Source of the DNA: Anthoceros angustus
Lineage: Eukaryota > Plantae > Anthocerotophyta
DNA: 64,000 nt
Direction of reading: 5' to 3'
Assembly (NCBI GenBank): GCA_010909165.1
Contig: MU008162.1
Span: 1,364,001-1,428,000 of the forward strand
In this document: in pieces, positions 11,497-22,375 of the stretch
Position numbering within the stretch: the first letter of the stretch is position 1
How the letters are laid out: each line of letters opens with the position of its first letter
Program-made: the position numbers and the translations under genes
Notes under the pieces: generated by a model
The model's database searches: none
The model's input: the letters and a program-made list of their open reading frames with translations, nothing else
Told to the model about the DNA's origin: nothing

Positions 11497-11578
11497 ATTG
11501 TGTTGTATTGAATTGTTACTAGTTAATTGTGTTACATTGAATTGTTACTAGTTAATTGTGTTGCATTGAATTGTTGCT
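11497..11578. repeat. 29-bp tandem repeat x~3
   Basis: ATTGTGTT(G/A)(T/C)ATTGAATTGTTACTAGTTA repeated immediately 3' of L2. Confidence 0.85.
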
Positions 11579-12002
11579 ACATGGGGCATTTGTGAACCAA
11601 TAGAGTTCTTTTAGCTTTAGAATACAAAAGTTAAAGTTCAAAAGAAGTAAGCTGAAGTCGACGACAAACGAAAATTACTATTCTACCAGGGAATGTACAT
11701 CTACTCCGCAAGGAAGCTTAGATAAAGTCATCCAAAGGTTGGACTCCAAACCCTTTGGAAGGATATAAAATTTGATGCAACTACGTAAATCCTAGTGGAG
11801 AAGTATGTATTATTTATGTTTTAAATTGAAGTATGTAAAGTATGTATGAAGTATATATGTTTTAGTTTGTAATTTAAAATATTTTTAAGGATAGTTTATT
11901 TATTTTCAAAAATTTAGTGCTGTGATTGACTCTTATTAAAAATCAAGATTAACCTCTTTGTTACAGATCAACAAATATTTGAATCCAACATGTAAACACA
12001 AC

Positions 12003-12449
12003 TCAATTATAAATGGTCACAGGTTGAGACCAAACTTGAAAAGTAAGTTTATCAGTATCAGTTGTGGCATAAATGACAATCCTCCCTATATCCTCTTCAA
12101 GCTGAAGCTTGTACGTAAGATTGTAAGAGGTACCACTGCTATATGAACGCCAGACATACGGGTTGTTTATACTAGAAATAATTAATTCTCCATCATAATT
12201 CATAGACAATAAACAAAATTCACCCATGTTTGATGTATAAGTAGCCCAAATTGCTGAAGCTATATCTTTTTTTGTTAGAATTAAGTTGCAATCGACACCC
12301 ATCATCAATCGATAAGGCCCACGTTCAAGGTAGTCTCCACTCCTTAAATACTTACCCTCATCCAAATGGTCCAATACGTTATTCATACAAAGTGCTATTT
12401 CTACCATGGCCCATATCACACAAAGGAAAACAAGAGTCGACTTCATCAT
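12003..12449 (-). CDS. Secreted bulb-type lectin-fold protein L3
   Basis: Signal peptide MMKSTLVFLCVIWAMVEIALC; YLRSGDYL..LMMGVDCNLIL..IWATYT..CLLSMNYDGELII..VWRS, very GNA-like. Confidence 0.82.
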   Translation of the reverse strand: MMKSTLVFLCVIWAMVEIALCMNNVLDHLDEGKYLRSGDYLERGPYRLMMGVDCNLILTKKDIASAIWATYTSNMGEFCLLSMNYDGELIISSINNPYVWRSYSSGTSYNLTYKLQLEEDIGRIVIYATTDTDKLTFQVWSQPVTIYN

Positions 12450-12817
12450 GGTAGACAGACAGACATATCTTGTTTTCTTCTTGCTTTCTTTTGTATCAAA
12501 AAATGAAAAATGTCATTGGTAAACAACTTTGAGTATGTGACTTATTTTTTATTGAAAAATAATTTATATTTAAGATATTGATTATTTTAGTATACTGTAA
12601 CTTAAATTTGTTTCCAAGATGAGCTTTATAGAATCATGCTGGTTAGGTTTTTATTGGATTAAGAAAGGTAAGCTGTACCATCAAACTCCAGAAGCATAAA
12701 CCGATTCAAGGAGAATTTTATATTAATTATGATTATATTTTATGAAATTAAAAATTATTCTCATGTTTATCAGATTGGATACCCATGAAACATGATGCAT
12801 CGCATTGCAGCAGTTTG

Positions 12818-13312
12818 TTATGGCAGAGGAAATGGCCACCAGATGTTCGGGCGGGGCTTGATCGTGGACCATATGTCGATGGTGAGACTGTCCGGGTGAG
12901 TGGTGAGGTAGATGACAGCAATAGCACCGGCAGATGGGTCCTGCTCCAGCTTGAGATGGTAGGACACATTTTTGGCGGAGTTGGAAGTGTAGGATTGCCA
13001 TATAATGGCGTACTCTGATCCGAGTTCATGGATGACCAAGTTGCCGTCGGGCCTCATGCTGAGCACACATGTTTCTCCCTTTCCTTCCGTGTAGGAGGCC
13101 CAAACTGCTTGCTGCGCGCCCTCCCTGGTAAGCACCAGCCCGCAGTCCAGCTGCATCGTCAGGTAAAGTTGGCCTGATTTCAGAAACTGCCCCGGCCATA
13201 GCGACGAACCTTGGTCCAGGAAATCCTGCGTGTCCCATTCGTGGTCGCTGCCGGTCAAGGCCTCCGCGGCTGGGGCCAGCAGGAGCGGGAGGAGCAGAAG
13301 GCAGGCTGCCAT
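12818..13312 (-). CDS. Secreted bulb-type lectin-fold protein L4
   Basis: Signal peptide MAACLLLLPLLLAPAAEA; LDQGSSL.PGQFL..LTMQLDCGLVL..VWASYT..CVLSMRPDGNLVI..IWQS. Confidence 0.85.
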   Translation of the reverse strand: MAACLLLLPLLLAPAAEALTGSDHEWDTQDFLDQGSSLWPGQFLKSGQLYLTMQLDCGLVLTREGAQQAVWASYTEGKGETCVLSMRPDGNLVIHELGSEYAIIWQSYTSNSAKNVSYHLKLEQDPSAGAIAVIYLTTHPDSLTIDIWSTIKPRPNIWWPFPLP

Positions 13313-14064
13313 GGATGCTGATTTTGGAGCCTTGGGTCGGTGGTGAGGGTTTAGGGTTTTGCATATGTGCAGTGTTCGAGGCCCGGTTGTGCAGGATTCC
13401 GTGGCCGATTCATGGGAGATGGACCTCGCTCGGCGCGTGGGAATCGTTTGGTCTGTTCGATGCCTCTGGATTCGTGTACGCGGATTGGATCCTGTATGTG
13501 CCCGTCTTGGAATCTAGGCGGCTGGGCTCGGGCTTCGACCACGTATCTTATATACTCCAACTTTGTCGACCCTGGCCCTGCTGAACCATGGTTTCAAACA
13601 GCTTGCATTCTGTTCCGTCACATTAGGTGTCGAGTTTTTTTATATGAAGAAAAGGATTCATATTTCTAATGATTTTTATTATCGATATAGAGTATTTTAT
13701 ATTCCATATATTGATTCCTATTTCCTAGATATAACTAGCCGCAATGCCTTCCTCTGCACAATGAAAGGAGCGGCAAGTGCATGACTTCATATACCCTTGA
13801 AAATGCCTCGGCACTAATAAAAAAATTATTTTATTCAAATCCACACATACTACTATACAAATTTCTTACAACTTTGGTCTCCCAAACATCAACTTGATCT
13901 TCATGATAACGTTTTAAAACTCAGAAATTATTTGATAAAGAGATAATAAGGATAGATTCATTCCAATGCGTCTCCCAAACATCAACTTGATCCAGATGAT
14001 CATACATAAAAACTCGGAAATTTATTTGATTAGAAAAAAAATAAAGGTAGATCCCAAAATTACA

Positions 14065-14140
14065 TTTGGTATCCAGGAGTCGAATCCGGGTTCCTGTGGG
14101 GAAATCTAGGTCTCCAAATCACTCGACTACCTACTACAAA
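14065..14140 (-). pseudogene. Degenerate tRNA-like sequence (tRNA pseudogene or SINE head)
   Basis: Minus strand has an A-box-like TAGTCGAGTG and a T-arm/B-box ACCCGGATTCGACTCCTGG. Ends TTTG..CCAAA pair only partly; the anticodon arm does not fold cleanly. Confidence 0.35.
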
Positions 14141-14778
14141 CATTGAATTTTATTTAGATTAAAAAATGATGGAATAGATTTGTCACACTAGGACCTGCCC
14201 CGGCCCAGCCCGGGTCCAGCCGCCATCTGAGATTCAGCATGGCAGTAGAGATCACTGCGGGCTTGAGAGAATGATATGAAACAATGCAAGAAAAACAAAA
14301 AAATAATCACCAGGAGTCACCTGCGGCAGGAATGGCGGCAAGCTGGCAGCGCCAATGATTTGCACACGCCAGCGGCCGGCCAGCGTTGGAACGGAACTCG
14401 GCAACGATCAAAGCCGCTGCCGACTCAAAAATTGTCACTCCCACGGTGATGACGTGATGTCCCGTTATCTCGCCCCGATCCACTGTGCACTGTTATCCTC
14501 CGTGTGCGCCTGTGCGGGATTCCGGGTCGTGAGGAGCAGATCGCCCACCATCCTATCACGATCCTGGCCGCCATTGGAAAGGGAAGCATCAGCATGCAGG
14601 AACAAGTGGGCGCCGCATTCATGGTCCAAAATTGGCCGACCTCGGGCCACCCGCTGCACGCCTTTTGTGGGTCGTGAAGCTCCGGAACCCAGCAGGAAAA
14701 TTGGAGGAGGAGGGGGTCTGGGAGGTCCGGCTCCGGAGATGCCTCCCTGGTGACTGTGTGCGGGCCTGGAGTTGGGCG

Positions 14779-17106
14779 ATGGCGTCTGGGTATGGCGGAG
14801 GGGCCCGGGACACATCCTCGGACGTTCCCAACACGGGCACCTTCGTCTTCACGTCCCGCGACACGGACAGCACGGGGAGCGGGGGGAGCGGGGGGGCCGG
14901 GACCCACGATCTGCGCCATGTGCTGGAGATGGAGGAGCTGAAATCGGCGCAGAAGCAGAAGCAGAAGCTGAAGCAGAAGGAGAAGGAGAATGAGAATGAG
15001 AAGGAGAGGCAGAATTCGTGGCCTTCGCCTGCTCGCGGGAAGTCCTTGCTCAGCTACCTCCCGCACACCATGTACAACTTCACCATGAAGCCGCACCACC
15101 GGGCTCCCGACGGCTCCGTCAGGCTGGTGAGAGTGGGCGTCGGGGAATGGTACACCGCTGCCTTTCACGTGGCCACCACCATCGCCACTCCTGCTGCCTT
15201 CGCTCCCCTGCCCTTCGCCGTCGCCGCCTTGGGCTGGTCCGGAGGTTGTCCTCATTCCTTCCACTTCACATTCGTTTGTCTCCTGGCCTGTTCTGGGCAC
15301 GTTGGTTTCTTCCCGTGTGCGAGACTTGCTCTCGCTTCAATTCAATTCACTTCAGTCGAAATGTGAAGTGCGATGGAGTTGGCATGTGAAGTAGAGCTGA
15401 ATTGGCTGATCATGTCCAGGGATGCATATGCAGGGGCCGTGGTGCTGGTGGGCAGCACTCTGCTGGCCTGGTACTGCAGCATTCTGGTGGCCTCCTTGTG
15501 GGAGTTTGACGGCAGGCAGTACATTTCCTACAGGGAGCTTATGCATGCCATCTTTGGTGAGATTCGCGTACGGTCATTTGAAAGCTGCTTGTTGATGATC
15601 GAGTGCTGCCAGGATGCTGAATGTGGGTCAGGCTATTGGAATCACATGGACAGGGAGGTGGGGTTTCCGGGTTACTGTCTTCTTCCAGCAGGTTGCTTCC
15701 ATCGGGAACAACATCGCCATCCAGATTGCGGCCGGCATCAGCATGAAGGTTTGGTCCACCAGACTAGTGCTACCAGTCTGTGCAGGCTGGACTTCGTCTG
15801 TCTTCGTGTCTGTCAGCAAAGACGGTAGGTAGTACGAGTTCATGAATTCTGCGATCATGGCAGGCTGTCTACACGGTTTTCCACAAGGACCACAACTTCA
15901 ACCTCCAGGAGTTTATCGTTCTGTTTGGAATGGCACAGCTGGTGCTGTCTCAGCTCCCTGATATCTACTCCCTCCGTTTTGTCAACCTCGTCTGCATGTG
16001 CTGCACTGTGGGGTTTGCAGCCATTAGTACGGCCATGTCCATCCACAACGGTTAGTCCACATCCATGGTTATTGGCTCCAAGGATAGACCAGAATCTTGG
16101 CTAATCTTTCCTCCAGAACTGTCTCATCCTCTTTGTCCTATCTTTCAGGAAAGATGATCGATCGATCAAGCGTCGACTATGACTTGCACGGCTCAACACC
16201 CAGCAAGGTGTTTGGAATCTTCAGTGCCCTGGGAACAGTCGCCTTCTCCTTTGGTGATGCTATGCTGCCAGAAATACAGGTGACCTGACTTGCCATCTTC
16301 TTCTTCGTCTTCTAGCTTTCAGTTACATGCACATACAGAATATGATAAGCGCTGGAATCTTGCTGTACTGCATTCCTCTAGGCGACTATCCAAGAGCCGA
16401 CGAGGAGAAACATGTACAAGGGTGTGTCTCTTGCCTATACTGTAATAGTCATCTCTTACTGGTCGGTGGCCTTTGCTGGCTACTGGGCGTTCGGATCAGG
16501 TGTTCAACCCTATCTCCTAAGCTCCCTCTCGACTCCAACATGGCCCATCGTCATGGCCAATATTTTCGCAGTTTTGCAGATGATTGGCTGCTATCAGGTA
16601 ACAGAACTGAATGTGATCAGGGAATTCTTATTTGGTGGGAGCAAATATGCTTACACTCTCCTATGGTGCACTGTAAGACGCATAAGATGGAAGATACTTT
16701 GTCCACTCAAGTCATTGCATCTTTGCAGATTTATTGCCGCCCAACTTATGAATACTTTCTCACCAAGCTGATGGACCCTGACCAAGGTCCCTACGCTGCA
16801 CGGAATGGGTTGGGTCGACTATTTGTTACCGCTATGTACATCATTTTGGTGACACTGGTGTCTGCAGCGGCGCCCTTCTTCGGTGACTTTGTGTCCTTAT
16901 GTGGAGCACTAGGGTTCACTCCTTTGGACTTTGTGCTGCCTGCCTTGGCCTTCCTCTTTGTGAAAAGACCCAAAAATATCTTCGTCTTCACATTCAACCT
17001 TGGAATTGCCATTGCTTATTCAGCTGTAGCCCTTCTTGGATCTGTTGGGGCAGTGCGATTTATAGCAACAGATGTCACAACTTACAAATTCTTCAAAGAT
17101 CTTTGA
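14779..17106 (+). CDS. Amino-acid transporter, AAAP family (GAT/ProT-like), 7 exons, ~531 aa
   Basis: Exons 14779-15244, 15434-15556, 15654-15748, 15864-16050, 16149-16279, 16382-16597 and 16729-17106, all GT-AG with consistent phases. Motifs AAFHVATTIATPAAFAPLPFA, FQQVASIGNNIAIQIAAG, AFSFGDAMLPEIQ, PFFGDFVSLCGALGFTPLDFVLP. Confidence 0.92.
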
Positions 17107-17446
17107 AGCACGCAGCCGGATGCACCCCGATGAGGCTTTGCATGTCTCCAGCTAAACTGCAGAAAATCAGACGAGAAAACAGGTTCTATGTATATTATGG
17201 CAATTGACAACTAGTACCGCCTAACACAGCTGGACTATCTACCTCGGTGTACAATGCCCTGGCTTGGACAGAACTGTTTTAGTACCTTGTATCCAAAAGC
17301 TGTAAAACTAAAACTAACACGATCATATCCTGTACACTTGAAGCAACCTTTGGGAAGCGAAACAGCGAAATTAAAAATTATGGACTTCATTTTTTCAGTT
17401 ACAATGGATAGAGTAATGGAGATTATGTGACCTAGCAGATGCACGA

Positions 17447-17580
17447 GATAGTGTCTTAGCCCTCCACAAGTTGGTAGAAGGAATTAGACCAGATAGTGTC
17501 TTAGCCCTCCACAAGTTGGTAGAAGGAATTAGACCAGTAGTGTCTTAGCCCTCCACAGGTTGGTAGAAGGAATCAGACCA
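17447..17580. repeat. 45-bp tandem repeat x3 derived from WDR11 last exon
   Basis: GATAGTGTCTTAGCCCTCCACAAGTTGGTAGAAGGAATTAGACCA x3; single-copy counterpart at ~33010-33050. Confidence 0.9.
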
Positions 17581-17617
17581 GCTTTCAGTCTAGGCATATA
17601 GTAGTCTACGTAAGATC

Positions 17618-17692
17618 CAAGACAACCGTGCAAAAGCACCTCCAAGACAACCGTGCAAAAGCACCTCGAAGACAATCGTGCAAAATCACCTC
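17618..17692. repeat. 25-bp tandem repeat x3
   Basis: CAAGACAACCGTGCAAAAGCACCTC x3; single-copy counterpart at ~33109-33135. Confidence 0.9.
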
Positions 17693-17759
17693 CACAGGTT
17701 GTGCTCATTATGAAGGACATACTCTCCCCACCTCTCCAAAACCCTGCACATAGACCACC

Positions 17760-18044
17760 TGATGAAATATGATTAGTTTAGGGCACTATTCACTAGGGCA
17801 CCTTAGACTTAATAATTAAGTTCCGTCTTCGAGCGATAGGTAGTTTCCTTAGGCGGTTAGTTGTTAGGTAATTAGTTGTTATATTAGTTATAACAATTTA
17901 TGGTTGTTACAATAACTTATGGTTGTTATTATAACTTATGGTTGTAACTATCTACTTTCCTCTATATAAACACTCTTGTACTTTCTATTATTAATGTGAT
18001 CCTACAAGGCTCTTTGTAAGTTTGTTTGATCATGGTATCAGAGC
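17760..18044 (+). mobile_element. 5' LTR plus tRNA-Met PBS of a truncated LTR retrotransposon
   Basis: TGAT...ATCA termini (17760-18032), internal TATA (ctatataaa), followed directly by TGGTATCAGAGC (18033-18044). No pol ORF or second LTR found. Confidence 0.7.
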
Positions 18045-18872
18045 TTCGGTTCTAGATGCTTGAGCACATTGCTTGCTTCCTTCTTAGGCATGAATTCCTT
18101 TGCACATTTCTAACTTTGTTGCATGGAATTTTCGTTTGGAGATAGCTTTTTAATTATGCTCAACACTATATTTTTATGATGCACTTTTTGTGTATCACTT
18201 TCTTGTCTCCTCATCATGGGACAAAGGAGTAGGAGGAGATTGAAGGCTATAGTAAAGGAGAATACACCAAATTATAATAACTCTAACAAATTTAAAGATC
18301 CAAAGGGATTCTAAATTTATTAGTAATTTTATTAGTATTTTTCTTACCTTAGGCTACAGGGACTTAAGTGACTTCTTAACCAGGCCTTAATCTCGGCTAA
18401 GAGAGAGGATAAAGAGGAAGCTATAAATTCATCATCACGTAGAGTAAGAGGTAAATAATATCATTTCCTGAAATTAAGATCAGCCTCCGTGAAAAGTGTA
18501 CACAACATGAAAAAAGAGGATAAGGCTAAGCAGCACTATTAATAAAAGCAACTATTATTTCCTTATTTAAAATATTAACGAAAAATGAATTATTAAATAC
18601 CGGGAAACTAGAAAACGAGGAAAATCAAAAAAAGGGGGCAAGACATGAGGTTAGGATTCGCGGCATCGCAAGTTGCGATGCCTTTAATGGAAATGTCCTG
18701 GGCCACGAAGAGATTGGAGTACCAAAGCATTGGGAGGTGGAAGCAATGCTGGGGAGCAAAGGGGCATGGGACGATATCGCTCCGAGAGGTCTTGCTCCCT
18801 AGCTGGATTTCTGTCTCTAGATTTTCCATTGTCAAGTGGTTAATCTCTGTCACTTTGCTGTGCAGTGCACCT

Positions 18873-21800
18873 TGTTAGAATTGCACAAGGCAGGTAATGG
18901 ATGGCACACACAAGCGGAGGTAATGGATGGCACACACAAAGCTCCACCGGCTTAGATAGGCTCCACAAGACGCATCAATAGGTGCAGGTGCTACATATAT
19001 AGCCCTTAGGCTAGGCAACTATCGAGGAGGTAAGCCCTAGACTCGATAGTGCAATATCCTAATATATCCTAATATACTAGAGTAAGTAGTGAGGATTGAA
19101 TCTCTAACACTCCCCTTCAAGCTAAAGCTACTTACCGACGCCAAGATCCGAACGAAAGTGTAAAACTACTGGCGCCTTGGTGAAGATATCCGCCACCATC
19201 TCCTCGGTGCGGAGGCATGAGATCTGAATCACGCCTTTGAGATCTATTCATGCGAACTACCGGGAGAAGGTCTCCTCGTAGTCCAGCCCTTTCACTTGAG
19301 TGAAACCGCGAGCCACTAGTCTCGCCTTATGCCTTTCCAGAGATCCGTCAGCATTGTACTTCTTCTTGAAAGTCCACTTGCAGTCGACGGCTTTTCTCCC
19401 GGGTGGCAAATCAACCAACGTCCAAACGTTGTTTTCGAGCATCGAATTATACTCAGTACGAATAGCTTCATTCCAGAACTCACCTTCAGGTCCGTTTCGT
19501 GCTTCCTCAATTGTGAGCGGGATATCATCTTCGAGAAGAAAACACCATTCTGGTCCGCTCACCATGTTGAGCTGGGCATTCTCGAGGACCTTCCGAAGCC
19601 GCCGAACCCTTGTCGACCGTCTCGGAATAGCCGCTTGGTTCGCCCTCTACATCCTCCGGCGCCGGAACTAACTCCTCAATATGTCGCCGCAGTTCCTTCC
19701 GAAGCCTCCTCCGAGAATTCTTGCGGGAACAATAGGTGGTATGACCTCACCGCTGATGTCCTCACCATCACCCTCCGGTGTGGTGATCCTCTTCTTGTCA
19801 TTGGTGGATGCAGGGACAAGGAAGGTGTCTGGATAAACTCGTAGTCGAGGTCTCGTAAACAGCCCTGATGACTTCCAATATTGTTCTCATCGAACACGAC
19901 ATCGAACTTTCATGCATCCGCTGCTTCGACGGATCCCACAATCAGAAGCCTTCGCTCATTCGCATAACCAATGAAGCGCACTTGATGCTTCACATCCACT
20001 TCTTCCGCAGTTGCTTAGGAACATGCGCATATGCTACGCAGCCAAACACTCTGAAGTGTGAGACATATGGTTTCTCACCAGACCAAGCTTCATGAGGTGT
20101 CATAGATCCACCTAGCGCCATGGTTATCGACATGTTCTCAGACGTGGATCATGCTGCAACCGCCGCCTAAATACTTAGGCGGTGACTCTCGCTAGCATGC
20201 TTCGAGTTGCAGATGGTGCGATTCTTCCGCTCGGCAATCCTCGCCTGCTGAGGCGTGTACCTAGTCACAATCGCTCTCTCAATTCCGGCTGCGCATTCAT
20301 CCTTGAAGAGTGTACTCAAATACTCTCCTCCCCATCCGTCAAGTTTCTTCAACTTCTTGCCGTTTGTTTCTCCGCAGTCGCCCTAAACATCTGAAATGCT
20401 TTGAGAGCATCACTCTTCTTCCGCAGGAAGTACACCACTGTTCGCCTGCTGTAATCGTCAATGAACGAAATGTAGTACCTCGCCTGTAGCATTCTTGTGT
20501 CCACTTGCATTGGACCGCAAAGATCAGAGTGAACAAGTTCCAAAACTTCTGTTGCTCTCTTGGTGACTGAAACATATGACCGTCGGGGGTGCTTGCCTTT
20601 CATGCAAGCGTCGCACAGACCGAGTTCTGCCTTTTGGAGCTCCATGCCTGTCACTAGCTTCTTGCGCTCCATATCCAGGAGAAACTTCAGGTTGATATGC
20701 CCGAACCGTCTATGCCACAGCAAGGCATTTCCTCCTTTCTCAGACACTGTCAGAACCTCTTGGTCATCAGGAATTTCCATCTGGTATAAATTCCCTGTAC
20801 GGTGGCCCTTCGCCACTACGTCGCCGTGCATTTGTCCATTCTTCAGAAGTAAAACTTCCTTCTTCGTAAAAAGGACCTGCAGACCTGCGTCTGTCAACGG
20901 TGCAACGGACATGAGATTTCTGCGTAGGTTAGGGACAAAGAGCGCCTTCCACCTTTCTCGACATCGTAACTTTCATGCAAGCGCCTAAGCCTATACTCTC
21001 GAACCTCGAACTCCTATCTCGTCATCCAACTTCTTGCCGACTTCTCGCCTCGAACTTGTGAAGAAGTTCCTTATCCTTCACCATGAAGGATGTACATGCG
21101 TAATCAACCGCTGTGTATCGCTTCGCTGTGCCGCAGATTCTTGAAATGCCGTTTCTACAAGTCTTGCCTCTGCGACCTCGTCTTGACTCTCGCTCTCCGT
21201 GAGATTCGCGGTCTTCTTGTCCTTGCACTCCTTCTCGTAATGACCATACTTGAAGCATTTCCGGCATTGTCCCTTCTTCGCTGTTCGTTGGTCCTGGTGT
21301 CCCTGCGAGGACTTCCCCTGCGTGTCTTTGTTCGTGTTGTTCCGTCTCTTCCCCTTGACGAACATCGCATGCTCCGGACCCGTTGAGGACCCCGCCTTTG
21401 CATCCAACTGGCGAGTCTCCTTCGCCAACATGGACGTCGCCTCCTCCCATGTGAGGTTGTCTTGGGCTATGAGGAAGTCGATGAACCCCGACCAAGCTTC
21501 GGGCATAGAGCGATATAAGAATAGCTTCTGCAATCCCTGGGGCATCGCATACATCTTGTCGGATGCCTCCATTGCAATAAACAATTCACGGAAGGTATCG
21601 ATGTGCTCCCTCAGATTTGCACCGTCGATATACTTCAACGTTTGAGCTTGGGTGAACAGGTGCATAACCTCGCCCTCCTTCTTCTTGCCGTACTTTGTGG
21701 TGAGTAGATCCCACAGTTGCTTCGTCCCTTTGTCCGGATCTCCGACGTCTAGCTTAACAGCCCTGGAGAGACTCATGTATATGAGAGCCGTTGCGCGATG

Positions 21801-22375
21801 GTCTCTCCTAACCCAGTCTCTCTCTTTGGCGTCGCCTTGAGGAGGTTTCAGCTCCTTGCCTTCCGCAATAGCAAACCCGTCCTCCGCCATGAGAACCACC
21901 TTCATGGATGTTTTCCATACCTGAAAACCTGTTCCATCGAACGTGGGGACCTGAAGTGGCCCTGTGGAAAATGAGTTCCGTGCCATCTTGACCCTCTCGG
22001 TGTTCTGGCACCAACTCCACCTGTTCTCGCCTCTAGGTCACTAAGCTCATTGCCATCGCGACTCCGTCCTCTCTTGTCGAGTCTCGCAATCAGTGTTCCC
22101 GCTCTGATACCATGTTAGAATTGCACAAGGCTGGCAAGCCCGCACTGGGCGGTCGGAGGCAGGATCAACACATAAGCGGACACAAGCAGAGGTAATGGAT
22201 GGCACACACAAAGCTCCACTGGCTTAGATAGGCTCCACAGTACGCATCAATAGGTGCACAGGGTGCTACATATATAGCCCTTAGGCTAGGCAACTATCGA
22301 GGAGGTAAGCCCTAGACTCGATAGTGCAATATCCTAATATACTAGAGTAAGTAGCAGAGGATTGAATCTCTAACA
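18873..22375 (-). mobile_element. Ty1/Copia LTR retrotransposon with internal deletion in RT/RNaseH
   Basis: LTRs 18873-19109 and 22113-22375 (TGTTAG...CTAACA); 5-bp TSD CACCT on both sides; PBS TGGTATCAGAGC (reverse at 22101-22112); PPT next to 19110. Gag with CCHC knuckle 21078-21986, GAG-pre-integrase/integrase 20167-20912 (WHRRFGH, HSDLCGP), RT start 19257-19565 (RHKARLVARG) fused to an RNaseH tail (MVADIFTK). Confidence 0.96.

Noticed and set aside
9007-17692. Short tandem repeats as CRISPR-like arrays
   Set aside because: Units are contiguous with no unique spacers; eukaryotic context with no cas genes.
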